Assembly: GCF_009914755.1 (NCBI RefSeq)
Contig: NC_060935.1
DNA from: the human T2T-CHM13v2.0 reference genome, Homo sapiens
Length of the DNA: 64,000 nucleotides
Reading direction: 5' to 3' (one strand)
Shown here piece after piece: positions 33,697 to 46,584 of the stretch (the stretch's first letter is position 1; every line of letters begins with the position of its first letter). The translations under genes were made by a program, and so were the position numbers. Below the pieces are notes generated by a model that was not told the origin of the DNA, made no database searches, and saw only the letters and a list, made by a program, of their open reading frames with translations.

Positions 33697-33990
<294 letters not shown>

Positions 33991-34703
33991 CATATATTAA
34001 GAATCTTACATGAGAACCACAAGAATTGCTCAGGAAAAGATTTTTCTCGTTTATGTTGCCTATCTTGCTAAATTCATTTTTATCTCAAGTCCTAGCACTC
34101 AGTAAGATGAAAGAAGAACTATCAGAAAGGCTGTAGAGTGATGGTCAAGGTGACTGTCTCTGTCTCAGATCAAAGGCATACCTCATCCTCTTCCTGCCAA
34201 TGAGTCAGCCTGCCCCCTTTTCCTTGAGATGTCTGAGGGAAACACCCTACTTTGCTCTGAGGGGCTCATCTGAGATTTGGCAACTCTCTCTCTCACACAC
34301 ACATGTCTCTGACATAAACTGGTTGTGTTCCAGGGTCTCCCCATTTTCTCTTGGGCACCCTTCATTCATGCTGTCAAGTATCTGCAGTCAGATGACAGTA
34401 TTTGTTGGGAGCTTATATGATGGTGGCAGAGGCTAGAGATGAGAGCATGTCTGCTGGAGCCAGTAAGAGCTGTGTAACCTCAGCCACGGTAAATAAACTT
34501 TTGTTTCAGTTTCTCTGTATTTAAGATGGTGGTAGCAGCAGAGCCTACAGCACAGGTTTGTTGGGAAGATACCGTAAATGGAGCCTAAGATGTGCTGTGC
34601 ACACAGGAAGTGCTCAGTCAATTGAATGAATATTATTCTGTTCCTTGGAAATTATCTTTATGTTCCTTTGGATTAGGCGGAAATAAGCTGGCAGAAGCAT
34701 TAC

Positions 34704-34942
34704 CTGTAGGTGAGGTTGTATTTTCTCCACCCAGGGAGGGTGTAGCCATACTGGCCCACATCAGGCACCCCACACCTGGGTGTCTTCATGATCTCAAGGG
34801 TGTTTGAGTCCAGTTTTCCAGTCACTGTCAATCCAAAAAATGCTTGCATTTCCCGAATTTTGTCATCTATGAGACTCCTATTCTTGCTTTGAACAAGATG
34901 ATTCCCTTCTATTTCAAGAGAGTAGAACTGGTTGAGATATGC
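34704..34942 (-). CDS. MMP27: MMP27 exon 2 (propeptide, cysteine switch)
   Basis: [10 protein letters not shown]...PRCGVPDV...NLTYR; cag|GCA acceptor, AG|GTAA donor. Confidence 0.97.
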
Positions 34943-35779
34943 CTGACCAAAAAGATAAGAAAAAAAAAAAAGAGGCACAGACTACAGGAGAGCAAATCTC
35001 CATCTCAGGATAAAGCAAAATTGCCTAAAATTCCTTCTGGCAATAGGAAAGGGAAAAAAAAAGAAGTAATGAGAGAAAGTGAGGAGTGAAGGAGGAAAGA
35101 AGAAAGGAAGGACACAAAGAGGAAAATAACGAGTCACCCTGCTCTTTCAATTTCCAAGACTTGGTTGACTTATGGGTGACCAGAATTAGCCAAAGCACGC
35201 AGCTCTTAAACCTCCACAGAAGAGAATGAAGCTTCGTCTGTCTGTTGAATGATGACCTATCTTACATATTTTTGCTGTTACTTTCATTTTGGTGTTTCTT
35301 TGAAACAAGTTCTAGGATAAATAAGTGATTATCCATTTTGCACATGTATTTGCTTTAACCAAAAATAAAAAGTTAACTGAACTGATTTTTAGAGGGAATC
35401 TGTAAAGCAATGTATTTTTTTTCATACATATAGGGATTAGGGCTCCAAATTGTAGATTGGGTCCTCCTGGTTGTCTTGAAATGCTTTTATAGTGATCTCC
35501 ATACCTTGCAGGGCTCTCTCCTTTCTCCTCGCACTAAACATCCCTTCATTTGTGACCATTGCTAAAAGTTATAGCAGATCCTTTCCCCCTCCCTGTGCCA
35601 GCCCTCCTCCCCAACACAATTTCCTGATATCGTCAGAGATAGACAAATGAAAAGCAGTTCCTTCTCACAAAAAAGTTCAGGACTCTTTTGCAGGAATGTG
35701 TTTTCTTTTTAGGTCCCAAGAGAATCAATAAAATAAGCTTTTTATCAATAGTCATCGATATCATTTATTAAGACAGTAC

Positions 35780-35881
35780 CTGAGCCAGTTGCATATTTTC
35801 TTCATTTTCCATCATCCGGACTAAGGGAAATGCAGAAGAAAATGTTATAAAGAACAAAAACAGAAGCAGAAGGCGCTTCAT
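35780..35881 (-). CDS. MMP27: MMP27 exon 1 (signal peptide)
   Basis: MKRLLLLFLFFITFSSAFPLVRMMENEENMQLAQ then CAG|GTACTG donor. Confidence 0.96.
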
Positions 35882-37637
35882 TCCTCTCTTTCTTCAGCTG
35901 AAGACGGTTCTGTTAGCACAGAATTTAGAAAATAATAGTGAGACGTGGCATGAATTGGCTTGTATCATCATTTAATTAATAACAGAAAGGGACACTTGCC
36001 ATAAAGTGTGTCATGATTTGCTTTTTTTTTTTTTTTTTTTTTTTGACTGAGCTGATTTTGTAATCTTGGCCTGCAATTGTTTAGTAAACACAGTTAGTGC
36101 TTATTACTGAATTGAATATACTGGGAAGTGAGCCTCCAAGTTATTTTTTTTTCCTTGCAAAGTTTTCTTTTGAAGGCAATCTCAGAATATCTTGGTAGGA
36201 TGTTATCATAAAAAGACAAATGAATCAGGAGTCAGATTACCCTTATTAACTAAGATAAACTTCAAATGTTTATTGAATTCCTACTGTTTGCCTGCCCCTG
36301 TGAATGCAATCTTGTTGGAGAATTCAGACACATACAGAAATTAATGTAGGACAAAAAGGAGGCAAGTGGGCAAATACACAGTGCAGATTGTAAAGACTAA
36401 GAAGGGCCAAAGGCAGATCATTGCTTATGAGTGTGGCCTTGAGGTTTTATGCAAGTTAAATACAGCCTGCACTGGGGCTTGCACTAGGGCTTGCTCTGGG
36501 TTTTGGAGAATGTGTAGAATTTGGATTTACAGAGGAAGGAAGAAGAAGTATGAGTGCAAAGAGGCCATGGGAAGGAGGTAACACAGCAGAAATAAGCTGC
36601 AGGAAATCTGGCCTGACTGGAACAAAATACATATGTAGACAGCTATGGAAGATGGGATGGAGGGTCTCATGGACAAGACAGCTGACTGGGAAGATGAAGA
36701 GTCATAGAGGTCATGGATGATGAAGGCCAAAATTAACATCAGAAGTGAGAATATAGTTAGTGAGAGCCTTTTGGATTAATTTCAATATATTCTTCTTTAC
36801 TTGGGCTACTTTTAGATGAAGGAACAGTCTTAGTTACAGCAATGTCCTCCCTCACTTGTCCTCCCCTTTTCTTCTACCAATTATTAAAATTTTCTTCCCT
36901 TTCTTCCCAAATGTTAACTCCTCAATCGATACACCTTTCTAAATCTTCCTTGTCCATATCCTAAACAAAATTTATATGGCATAGCTGAGGAACTTATAGG
37001 ATCTAAGTAGATACATACTTCCTTTGCATTTAAAGCTCATCCCAGTTATAAATCTTGTTTCAGAAATATTATTATTTACTGTTTTAATATATGTATATAG
37101 TTTAAATTGTTTAATTGGCCTCTGGAGCAATGGGATGAAGGGGAGAAGGCAGACATGATCAGGATTTGTGTTATAATGGTATTAAGTACAAGTATGCTAA
37201 GTACAAGTATGCTCATTGTATTGTTCTTTTGTGTTTTTTAAACTCTAAAATATTTCAGAACAAAATTTAAAAAAAAACAGAGTTACCAGAAAAAGGGAAG
37301 TCAAATGGTGCTATCTTGTTGTAACGAAAAAGCATCTCTCTGCCCTAACCTTTCGCTCCTTCAAGTCCTGCTCCCCAAAGGTAACTTCTTTAAATTATTT
37401 TTATAGCTTTTTATCTTTATGTTTAACTCCACATTTGTAAATAACGTGCTTATGCTACTATTTCTCGAGTTTTCAAAGTTAAATGTTATTATTAACATCT
37501 TCCTATGGAAAAGAAGGACTTAACACTCCTTCTGCTTTCCTAATTTGGTTATAGGAATGTTTAAGCCCGTAATCAGCGTTCATACAATTATGACCATGAA
37601 AATATTATTCACAAGAGAATCACGTAGTATACTATGA

Positions 37638-37973
<336 letters not shown>

Positions 37974-39094
37974 TAGCCTTTTTTCTCTGCAGTTGATAGT
38001 TGAATTGATTTTTATATGCTAATTCTTTACCAAATTCTTCCATAGAACTCTTAAACTCTCTCAGAATAACCAAACATGACAGGAAATATAGCAGCAGTTT
38101 TTTTCCCTTGAACTCATCCCTCTGAGACCCCTTGCTTGCCTTCTCCAGTCTGGGTCTGTTGTAGAACTGTCATCCTCTCATTAACCAGAAAACTTGTATT
38201 GTGTCTCTGTGTTAGATCTCTGGCTACTGGGTTTCACTTCTACCTATGTCTTGATTTACTCCCTTGTTTTGATGCAACATGTCTCTCAGGAGTTTTCTAA
38301 GAAAGAATATAAGGAAAATAAATATTCTGATTTTTTTCATACCTAAGAATGCCCTTTATTTCATCCTCACACTTGATTGGTGTATGACTGGATACAGAAT
38401 TTCAGTCTAAAATAAATTTGCCTGAGAACTTTGAAGGATAATGAAGATTCCATTATTTTCCAGACTCTAGTGCTGCTGTTGAAAAGTTTTTTACTCTGAT
38501 TCTTGATGTTTTTCTTTTGAAAGGTTTTGGAAATCTTCTCTTTACCTAGATATTTATAAATTTTATAGTTATGCTCTTGATGTAGGTCTTTTGTATTAAC
38601 ATTTTTGGACAGTAAGTGGACCTTTTTTTCATGGAAACTTCAATTTAAGGTAACTTTCCAATATAGTTTTGGTTATAATTTCTTCCTATTCATTTTCTCC
38701 TTTTCTACCCATTCATTTTCTCTTCTTTCTTTCCATATCTGTTGGACCTCCTAGATTGAGTCTTTATGCTTCTAATATATCCTATTTTCTACCAACTTAA
38801 CTTTCCAGCCCACCGATTGTTAATTTCAGCTAAGACATTTAATTTCCAAGAACTCTTTCCAGTTCTGAGTATTCTTTTACATTTTTAAGCTTTTTTTTTG
38901 CATTTCATTAGTGTTTTTGGACATAAAATATGTCTTATTTATTTATTTAAATAAATTACTAAATAATTAATAATACATAATTCATAACTAAATAAATAAG
39001 AAATTATTAAATAAATAAGACATATTTTACATCCAAAATTATATTCTTATATTTAATTCTTATATTTATTTATTTGTTTGTTTAAATAAACAAA

Positions 39095-39377
39095 AGAAGG
39101 CATACTCTGTCACCCAAGCTCGAATGCGGTGACACAGTCATGACTCACTGCAGCCTCAAACTCCTGGGTTCGAGTGATCCTCCTGCCACAGCCTCCCGAG
39201 TAGCTGGGACTATAGTTGCATGCCACCATGCCCAGCTAATATTTTTATTTTTATTTTTTTGTAGGGACAAGGTCTCACTATGTTGCCCAGGCTGGTCTTG
39301 AATGCTGAGCCTCAAGCAGTCCTTCTGCCTCAGCCTTCCAAAAGTGTTGGGATTACAGGCACAAACCACTGTACCCA
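39095..39377 (-). mobile_element. Alu (AluJ-like)
   Basis: Diverged reverse-complement Alu. Confidence 0.85.
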
Positions 39378-40852
39378 GTCTCTTCTTATTTTTAAAGAAT
39401 GTTAATGTTAAGTATACTTTAGTTTATTTCGACATTTTCTTTTGCTCCTACAATTGTCTCTAGTTCCTCAAAGTCTCTCCTTTGGTCTCTGTTTTTCACA
39501 CTGCAATCTTTTCAAAAATATTTGGTGACTTTGTGTTGTGCAATCTGCTTAAGAATGAGAGGCAAGAAAGCAGACTGGAAGCTCTCATGTGTAGAGGCAG
39601 GGATGGTGAATTGATGACCTTCACTGCAGGGAGGTGGGGCACTTCCCACACCCTTCATGTGATGTATTAGTCAGGATGAGATTTGGTTGAATGTAACACA
39701 AAAACCCAAAATAACAGATGCTTAGTTAAATAAAAATGTATTTTTGCCTCACATTAAAAAAAAGTGCCCAGATTTGGAAGCCTAGGGTTTGTTTGACAGC
39801 TCCATATCATCAAGGGTAGGCAACATCTACCTTGCTACACCACTCTGTCAGTACAATGCCTCATGAGTCAGCTGCCTTCTCAACCTCTAGCCATTACATC
39901 TGCATTACAGGCAGAAAGAAGGAGGAAGGCAGAGAAAAAGTAATTTTCCAGTCCCTTTCCAGAAGCCCCACACAACATTCTGCTTACACATTTTGGCTAG
40001 AAATAAACACATGGCCATATCCAGCTGTAAGCCTAGCTGTAAGCAAGGCTACAAAATATGACGCATTGCTACCTCAAATGAAATTGGAGTCTCACTGCAG
40101 AAGAAGTGTAGACTGAAGGTTAAGATAGGTCATTAGCAGCCCTGCCACACTGAGATTTCTCCAGTGTTGGTATCTGTAATTTCTTTTTTTTCTGAGGCTG
40201 GTAAGTTACTCCAGAGAAAGCTCATCCAATTTCCCATCATTTAAATCTCCAAGGAACAAAGCTGTAGGAGATTCTTCTGATGTCCTCTGCCACATACCCA
40301 CAGCATTAATTTAGTAGCACAAGGGGTGGACTGGTTTGTGTAACTCACTTTGCTCTGACAAAGTGCAAAAGTAATTGTGGTTACTTTTGCACCAACCTAA
40401 TACAACTTTAAGCACAGACTGTGTGTCTTTTTGCTTTCTTCCCAGAGCATTGAGATGCCATCAAGCCTTCCAGGTCAGCATGACAGTACAGCCTGGAAGT
40501 GTAAAGAAGTTAACACTCTCAGGGAACATCCTCATCCAATGGGGAATGGAAACTGAAGGATGAATGTTCCAGCCTCCTGCTCACTGGAGATGTGAACGAC
40601 TGGAAGCTGGTCTGCAGGCTTCTCAGAGGCCCCTGGTGGAATTGAGCTTCAATTGCCCATAGCAGAAACCTTGATAACACATAATTGTATTGGCTTTTCC
40701 TCATTCTTTGACTCACTCTTCTTGCTACCTCACTCTTGCTTCCTGGGACTGTGTCCTGAAAATATAATTGCACCAATGTCTTGACTTAGGCTTTGCTTTT
40801 GAAGAATCTCAACCTAAGATAAACATGAATCTCATTGTTTAAATTCTAGCTT

Positions 40853-41163
40853 AGGCAGGGTGGCATGGTGGCTCAAGCCTGTAATCCCAGCGCTTTGGGA
40901 GGCCGAGGCAGGAGGATCACTTGAGCCCAGGAGTTTGAAACAAGCCTGGGAAATGTAGTGGGACCCCACCTTTACAAAAGAAAATAACTGAGTGTGGTGG
41001 TGTGTGCCTGTAGTCCCAAATACTTGAAAGGCTAAGGTGGGGCATTGCTTGAGGCCAGGGTTTTGAGGCTGCAGTGAGTTGTGATTGCACCACTGTACAC
41101 CAGCCTGGGTGACAGAGCAAGACCCTGTCTCAAAAATAAATAAATAAACAAAAAATAAATAAA
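40853..41163 (+). mobile_element. Alu (AluJ-like)
   Basis: Full Alu with (AAAT)n tail. Confidence 0.88.
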
Positions 41164-41959
41164 TGCATTCTAAGCTTAGGTCTTTATATCTCTTGTGCCC
41201 ATTCAAAATATCAATGTAATAGCTGGAAAATACTACATGTTGTCAACAAGATAATTTTTTTAAAAGGAATAACTCTGAATTCTTTATTACACTTCATATT
41301 ACAGTTTACTGTCTATGACTCTGTCAAATGTGGTTAAAAAATAGTATGAGATCAGTCCTCATCTCAAAGATGTATAGATGAGGTTTGAGCCAAGAGTCTA
41401 TCATAGCCAGCACAACTAGCAGGTGTTCTGAGAAGATAAGACACTCATTTTCATGCCTGCATTTTCCTAAAACTTTCATAACTGGCATTATAGAAAGTTT
41501 TAGGAAACATGATAGTCTGAAATTGATGCTACTATTAAAAATGGAATATTCAATTCTTATAGATCCTTTTGCATTTGTTACGTTGATATGATGAATCGCT
41601 TATACATCTCTCTCACTTTTCTTAGCACAGTCCCTGAAACATAATTAATAGTAGGTAGGTAGTTAATTCTTGCTGAATAAATCAATGAATGGAATGATAA
41701 TATATACTTGTTTCAGTTTTCTTATTTTGTAAAATAATTTGAGAATAATGTATTAACATACTTGAGGAAATTTTTGAGGACCTCAAATATTTATAAAATA
41801 TTTCACACACTCTGAAGCAATATCTAAAGTTTATTATCAATATTATAATAATTCTGACACAAGCATTATATATCTGCACAACATCTAAAATTTGCTATTC
41901 CTTTTTATACTTTAGATGAATTATGTGGTAACATTTTAAGAAATTAAAAGCAAATCACA

Positions 41960-43517
41960 AATCAGTCATTTGAAGTAAAAATCTTTAATTTGAACTTATT
42001 TAATAGATTATTTTAATTTTTGAACAAGCATAAAGGTGCCAATTTAATTATCTGTGGGATTTAAAAACTTCAACAGAGAAAGAAAATAGGAGGTACTAGT
42101 GAGAAATATATTTTACAGTCTACATATTTATTGTATAATAAGCTATATTATATTCTAATAACAGCAAATATAACATTATAATGATTTTGATATCTGGACT
42201 CGCTAGACTTGGTCCCATAAATCCTATAGTTCTTAACAAAAAAACCCATCCGTTAGCAAACTTACACATCAAAGCTCAGTTTAATGCAACTTAATGAGAC
42301 ATTGAATTTTATGCAGCTAACCCAAGTTATCTATAGTGTGTGCCCTCCTGAGTACCCCAGGAAATAGAAGTAAAGAACTGACGAACATCAGATCCAACTG
42401 GCCCATTTAGGTTTGGACTCTAGGAGAGAGCAAGGAGGAGGCAGGAGAGGAAGTGGTGGTTCTCTTTTGGCTGCTGTCCTGGGAAGATGCCCAGTAGTCC
42501 TTAGCAAGGGTTCTACTTCTGCATTCTGTGTTGATTCATTTTCATATGTGTAGATGTACTGTGTCTAGTACCTCATGTCTAGGGTTGCTGTAACAAAGTA
42601 TTGCAAAGTTGGTGGCTTAAAACAAAGGAAATTTATTCCCTCACGGTTTTGGAGGATAGAAGTCCGAATTCTGCAGGTGTCAGCAGGGTCACACTTGAAG
42701 GCTATTGGAGGGAATCCTTCCTTGCCTCTTCAAAGCTTCTACTGGTGGCTTACAGTCCTTGGAATTCCTTGGCTTGGAGATGCGTCACTCCAATCTCTGC
42801 CTCTGTCTTCACACGGCCTCCTCCCCTAGGTGGCTATGCCTCTCTTCTTCTTATAAGAACAACAGTCATAATGGATTTAGAGCCCACCCTAATTCAGTGT
42901 GATCTCACCTTAACTTAACTAATTACATCTGCAAAGACCCTGGTAAGCTCACATTCATGGGTACCTGGGGTTAGAACTTCAACATATCTTTTATGGGGGA
43001 CACAATTCAACCCACGAAACATATCATCTACATTTCTTTCCAAGGGTAGAAAACAGCACCATATTTTCTGTAAAGGCCAAGGGTACTGTCTAGGTTGTTT
43101 ATAATCCTTACTTCTAACCAAAATCTAGTTCTAAATTGCATGTAGAAGATATACATAGGACATTTTAAGAAACTGAGGGATGTATGAAGTCAGATAGGCA
43201 AGTAATATAACAATAAATCCTAGAAGTCAGATATGTAAGTATTGAAATAGTAAATATTGAGGTGACAAAAAGGCTTACTTTCCTTCTCTTTGATGGAATC
43301 ACTAATGTAAGATGGAATGTGTAAGAACTGAATAAGCCTCTGCAAATAGTGGAATATTCCAAACATATTTTCACGGAGGACAGGTAGAATGGATACAGTG
43401 ATGGGAAACAATGACTTAATATTGAGAAAAGTATAAGCAGGACACAATGTAACGAAAATGCATGCTGAACTTCCCTTCAACATTCTGAAAGTGGATACAG
43501 CCACATTTGATTTTGCT
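41960..43517 (-). other. MMP8: MMP8 3'UTR (long form, end approximate)
   Basis: Follows the stop codon; ATTAAA at 41984-41989 and 41999-42004; LTR-borne AATAAA at 42632-42637. Confidence 0.6.
42566..43021 (-). mobile_element. MLT1 (MLT1C-like) LTR within the MMP8 3'UTR, same sense as the gene
   Basis: Minus strand starts gggttgaattgtgtccccc...aagatatgttgaag and ends aataaatttcctttgttttaagccacc...ttgttacagcaaccctag. Confidence 0.85.
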
Positions 43518-43627
43518 TCAGCCATATCTACAGTTAAGCCATTTATTGCCTCTTGCAACTCTGGTAACTCTCTGAGCAATAAGATCAAATGCGTAATATC
43601 TTGGTCCACTGAAGACATGGAAGAAAT
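43518..43627 (-). CDS. MMP8: MMP8 exon 10 coding part
   Basis: [35 protein letters not shown]; TGA at 43520-43518. Confidence 0.97.
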
Positions 43628-43754
43628 CTATAAAAAAAGAGAGATAATTTATTGAATTAGCTTATAGAATATCTCAGATGTCTTCAGTTAGAAAACCCTG
43701 CCCCTGTTCCAACATAACATTCAAATGCAAACATGCTATTTAAAAAATTTAAAC

Positions 43755-43892
43755 ACCAGGTGCGGTGGCTAATGCCTGTAATCCCAGAACTCTGGGAGGC
43801 TGAGGTGGGAGGATTGCTTGAGGCCAGGAGTTTGACACTAACCTGGTCAGCATAGTAAGACCCTGTCTCCTCTATAATAAACAAACAAACAA
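43755..43892 (+). mobile_element. Alu monomer (FLAM-like) in MMP8 intron 9
   Basis: Left-arm-only Alu. Confidence 0.8.
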
Positions 43893-43923
43893 CACATTTA
43901 TTAGGTTTTTTTTTCCTACTTAC

Positions 43924-44027
43924 GTTCTTGCTGGAAAACTGCATCAACTTTACTCTCTATTCCTGGAAAGGCACCTGATATGCTTTTGGGATAACCTGGC
44001 TCCATGAATTGTCTTTGGTTATCATAT
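43924..44027 (-). CDS. MMP8: MMP8 exon 9
   Basis: [34 protein letters not shown]. Confidence 0.96.
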
Positions 44028-44724
44028 CTGGTAAAAACAAAATGTTATCCGATTTAACACCAATACAGAATATAACGAAAAAAATTTTTTTTATTGTATA
44101 TAATTTACAAAGTCTCCTCACACATATTTTTTCATTCAGTTCTCACAATGCCCTGTTTACTAGGATTAAGAATGGTTAATTTCTCTACCTAAGGGTACAC
44201 ATTTATAAAACATATGGTTATCATTAATTCTAAAACAGGCTTGATGGCTGACACACTGTTATTACCCAAAGTAAGCTTATATTTTCAAGGCTTTTACTTA
44301 ATTGGTATATAGTATAACTCCCTTGTGTGTGTATATAGATATATAAACATACATAATAGGTTCAACTTGGGAACCAAATTCTGCAGGCTATCTGGATAAC
44401 ATTTGCTTGCATATGTCTGAGTTGAACTCATAAGTGAGAATTAGCTTAAATCTTTCTTTGTATCTCACCCTAGTGCTTTGTTAAGGTTTTCTTTGTTTCT
44501 TGATGCAGAATCCTCAATACTATTGCATAGACATTTTAATTTTATAGAAATGAAAAATTTCAAAAGCCATGGTAACATCAATCATCCTGTAAAAAAGAAT
44601 ATATTCTCGGTAAAACCTATTAGAGACTATCTAGATTGTTTTAAACCTTGAAATGCTTGAAGGTTTGTAAGCAGGGTAGAGAAACACAGATTTCAACCTA
44701 TAATTGAAAAAATAGTTTACGTTA

Positions 44725-44895
<171 letters not shown>

Positions 44896-44927
44896 TTAAG
44901 TGTTAAATACGACTTTTCCATTTTTAC

Positions 44928-44932
<5 letters not shown>

Positions 44933-44970
<38 letters not shown>
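44933..44970. repeat. (TA)19 microsatellite, MMP8 intron 7
   Basis: Perfect TA run. Confidence 0.97.
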
Positions 44971-44972
<2 letters not shown>

Positions 44973-45467
44973 ACTTCTTGGTCTTGCACATAGATATGAA
45001 AATGGAACAAATAGTCTTTAAAAGATGAAGATGATAAAGTTAAGTTCAGGGGGGCTGTGAGAGCCTTAATGGTTCCCCAGAGCCTATAAAAAATAAAAAC
45101 TTCTGAGCAAGACATTCAAGGCCCCACAGTTGGATGCCTTAGTTTGTGTGACTTTTATGCAGAAACCAAATTACAGCTTGAGGAGTCTTAGAGAATTGTA
45201 TCTGGGATGAGGATGAAAGAATGCTAACGACAGTCTAGTGTGGTCTCATTTTGTTGGTGAGAAAACTGAGGGCTGAAAAGCAAATAACCCACTCAGGTTC
45301 ACACAGTAGTTAGTGGTCCTGATGGGGCCCAACCCTAGTCTTCTGGCAAAAGCCTGGCCAGCTTAATGCTGTCATTAGCTCACCATGAACCTGAAAGGGA
45401 CCACAAAGAAGTCCTGCCCCCTCCCTTCAGGCAGAACTAACATAAGATGAAAACTTTAGGAAGTTAC

Positions 45468-45601
45468 CTTTAAATAGGAAAATGAGGTCTCTGTCAAAAT
45501 CTTCATAAGCAGCCTGTATACCAGTTGGAAGGGATGGCCAGAATAGAGAAATAAAATTCATTTCGACTCTTTGTAGCTGAGGATGCCTTCTCCAGAAGTA
45601 C
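45468..45601 (-). CDS. MMP8: MMP8 exon 7
   Basis: [44 protein letters not shown]. Confidence 0.97.
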
Positions 45602-46466
45602 CTAACGGAACATAAGGAAACACACACACACACTTATACATAACAGTCTAAGTAGGCAGTTCCTGTGACTTTTAGGCTAGTGATGGTCCTTGTAGGATTG
45701 CTGGGAGAATATAACAATCGAACGAATGCAAAGTTCCTAGCACAGTGACCAGCATATGGCGAAGCTTTATAGTGATATTGTCCATCTGGCAAGTACTTCA
45801 CAGCTTTCAGGGAAGGTTATGGGAGTGATCTTATTTGATTACATTTGGCATTGTCCTGCCTTGGACATTGAAAAATCTTACTTTGTAGCATCTTTCATTA
45901 TTGCTCCCAGTAAATGCTGTGAACATATTGATAAAAGCAACAGCATGTACCCTCAGCCTGTGATTGCACACTCACAAAATAGCCAATGGACAAATAAAAA
46001 TTTCGCTCAGTTTGATGATTTGCTGCACAGCTAGCTAAGCGCAGGTTCCATTTACTTGACTGATTTTGGATGGAACTGGATGGTGCTTTGGTGTTTCAGC
46101 TATGGGGTTCCCAAGCAGCTGTAGCCCATGTCTGTTTACATCACCAAAGGCATCTGAATGTTTGTGAATGTTTTCATGTTTTTTTTTTTCTCCTGGATGT
46201 CTTGAGTTACCCAGAAAATACTCAATTGCATAAATTCAGTATAGACACAAAAATGGTACAAATAGTCTTTAAAAGACGAAGATGATAAAGTTAAGCTCAG
46301 GGGGCTATGATAATCCTAGTGGTGCCCCAGAACCTATAAAAAATTCCGATGAGAAGCACAAGTATAGAATTCAAGGAAAAGGTGACTAACGTGTGACTTA
46401 ATTTGAATCCAGTTTTAAGGTATGTCAGTAAGAGGAATCAAAGGAAGAAATATTTCAATTTTATAC

Positions 46467-46584
46467 CTGTCTTTAAAGAAAAGTATTTCTCCACGGAGTG
46501 TGGTGATAGCATCAAATGTCAAACTGGGGTCACAGGGTTTGGGTGTGCTTGGTCCAGTAGGTTGGATAGGGTTGCTTGAAAGTC
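46467..46584 (-). CDS. MMP8: MMP8 exon 6
   Basis: [38 protein letters not shown]. Confidence 0.97.

Noticed and set aside
43220-43618. 132-aa ORF overlapping MMP8 exon 10 in another frame
   Set aside because: No true ATG start, no recognisable domain; would only matter as a frameshifted tail
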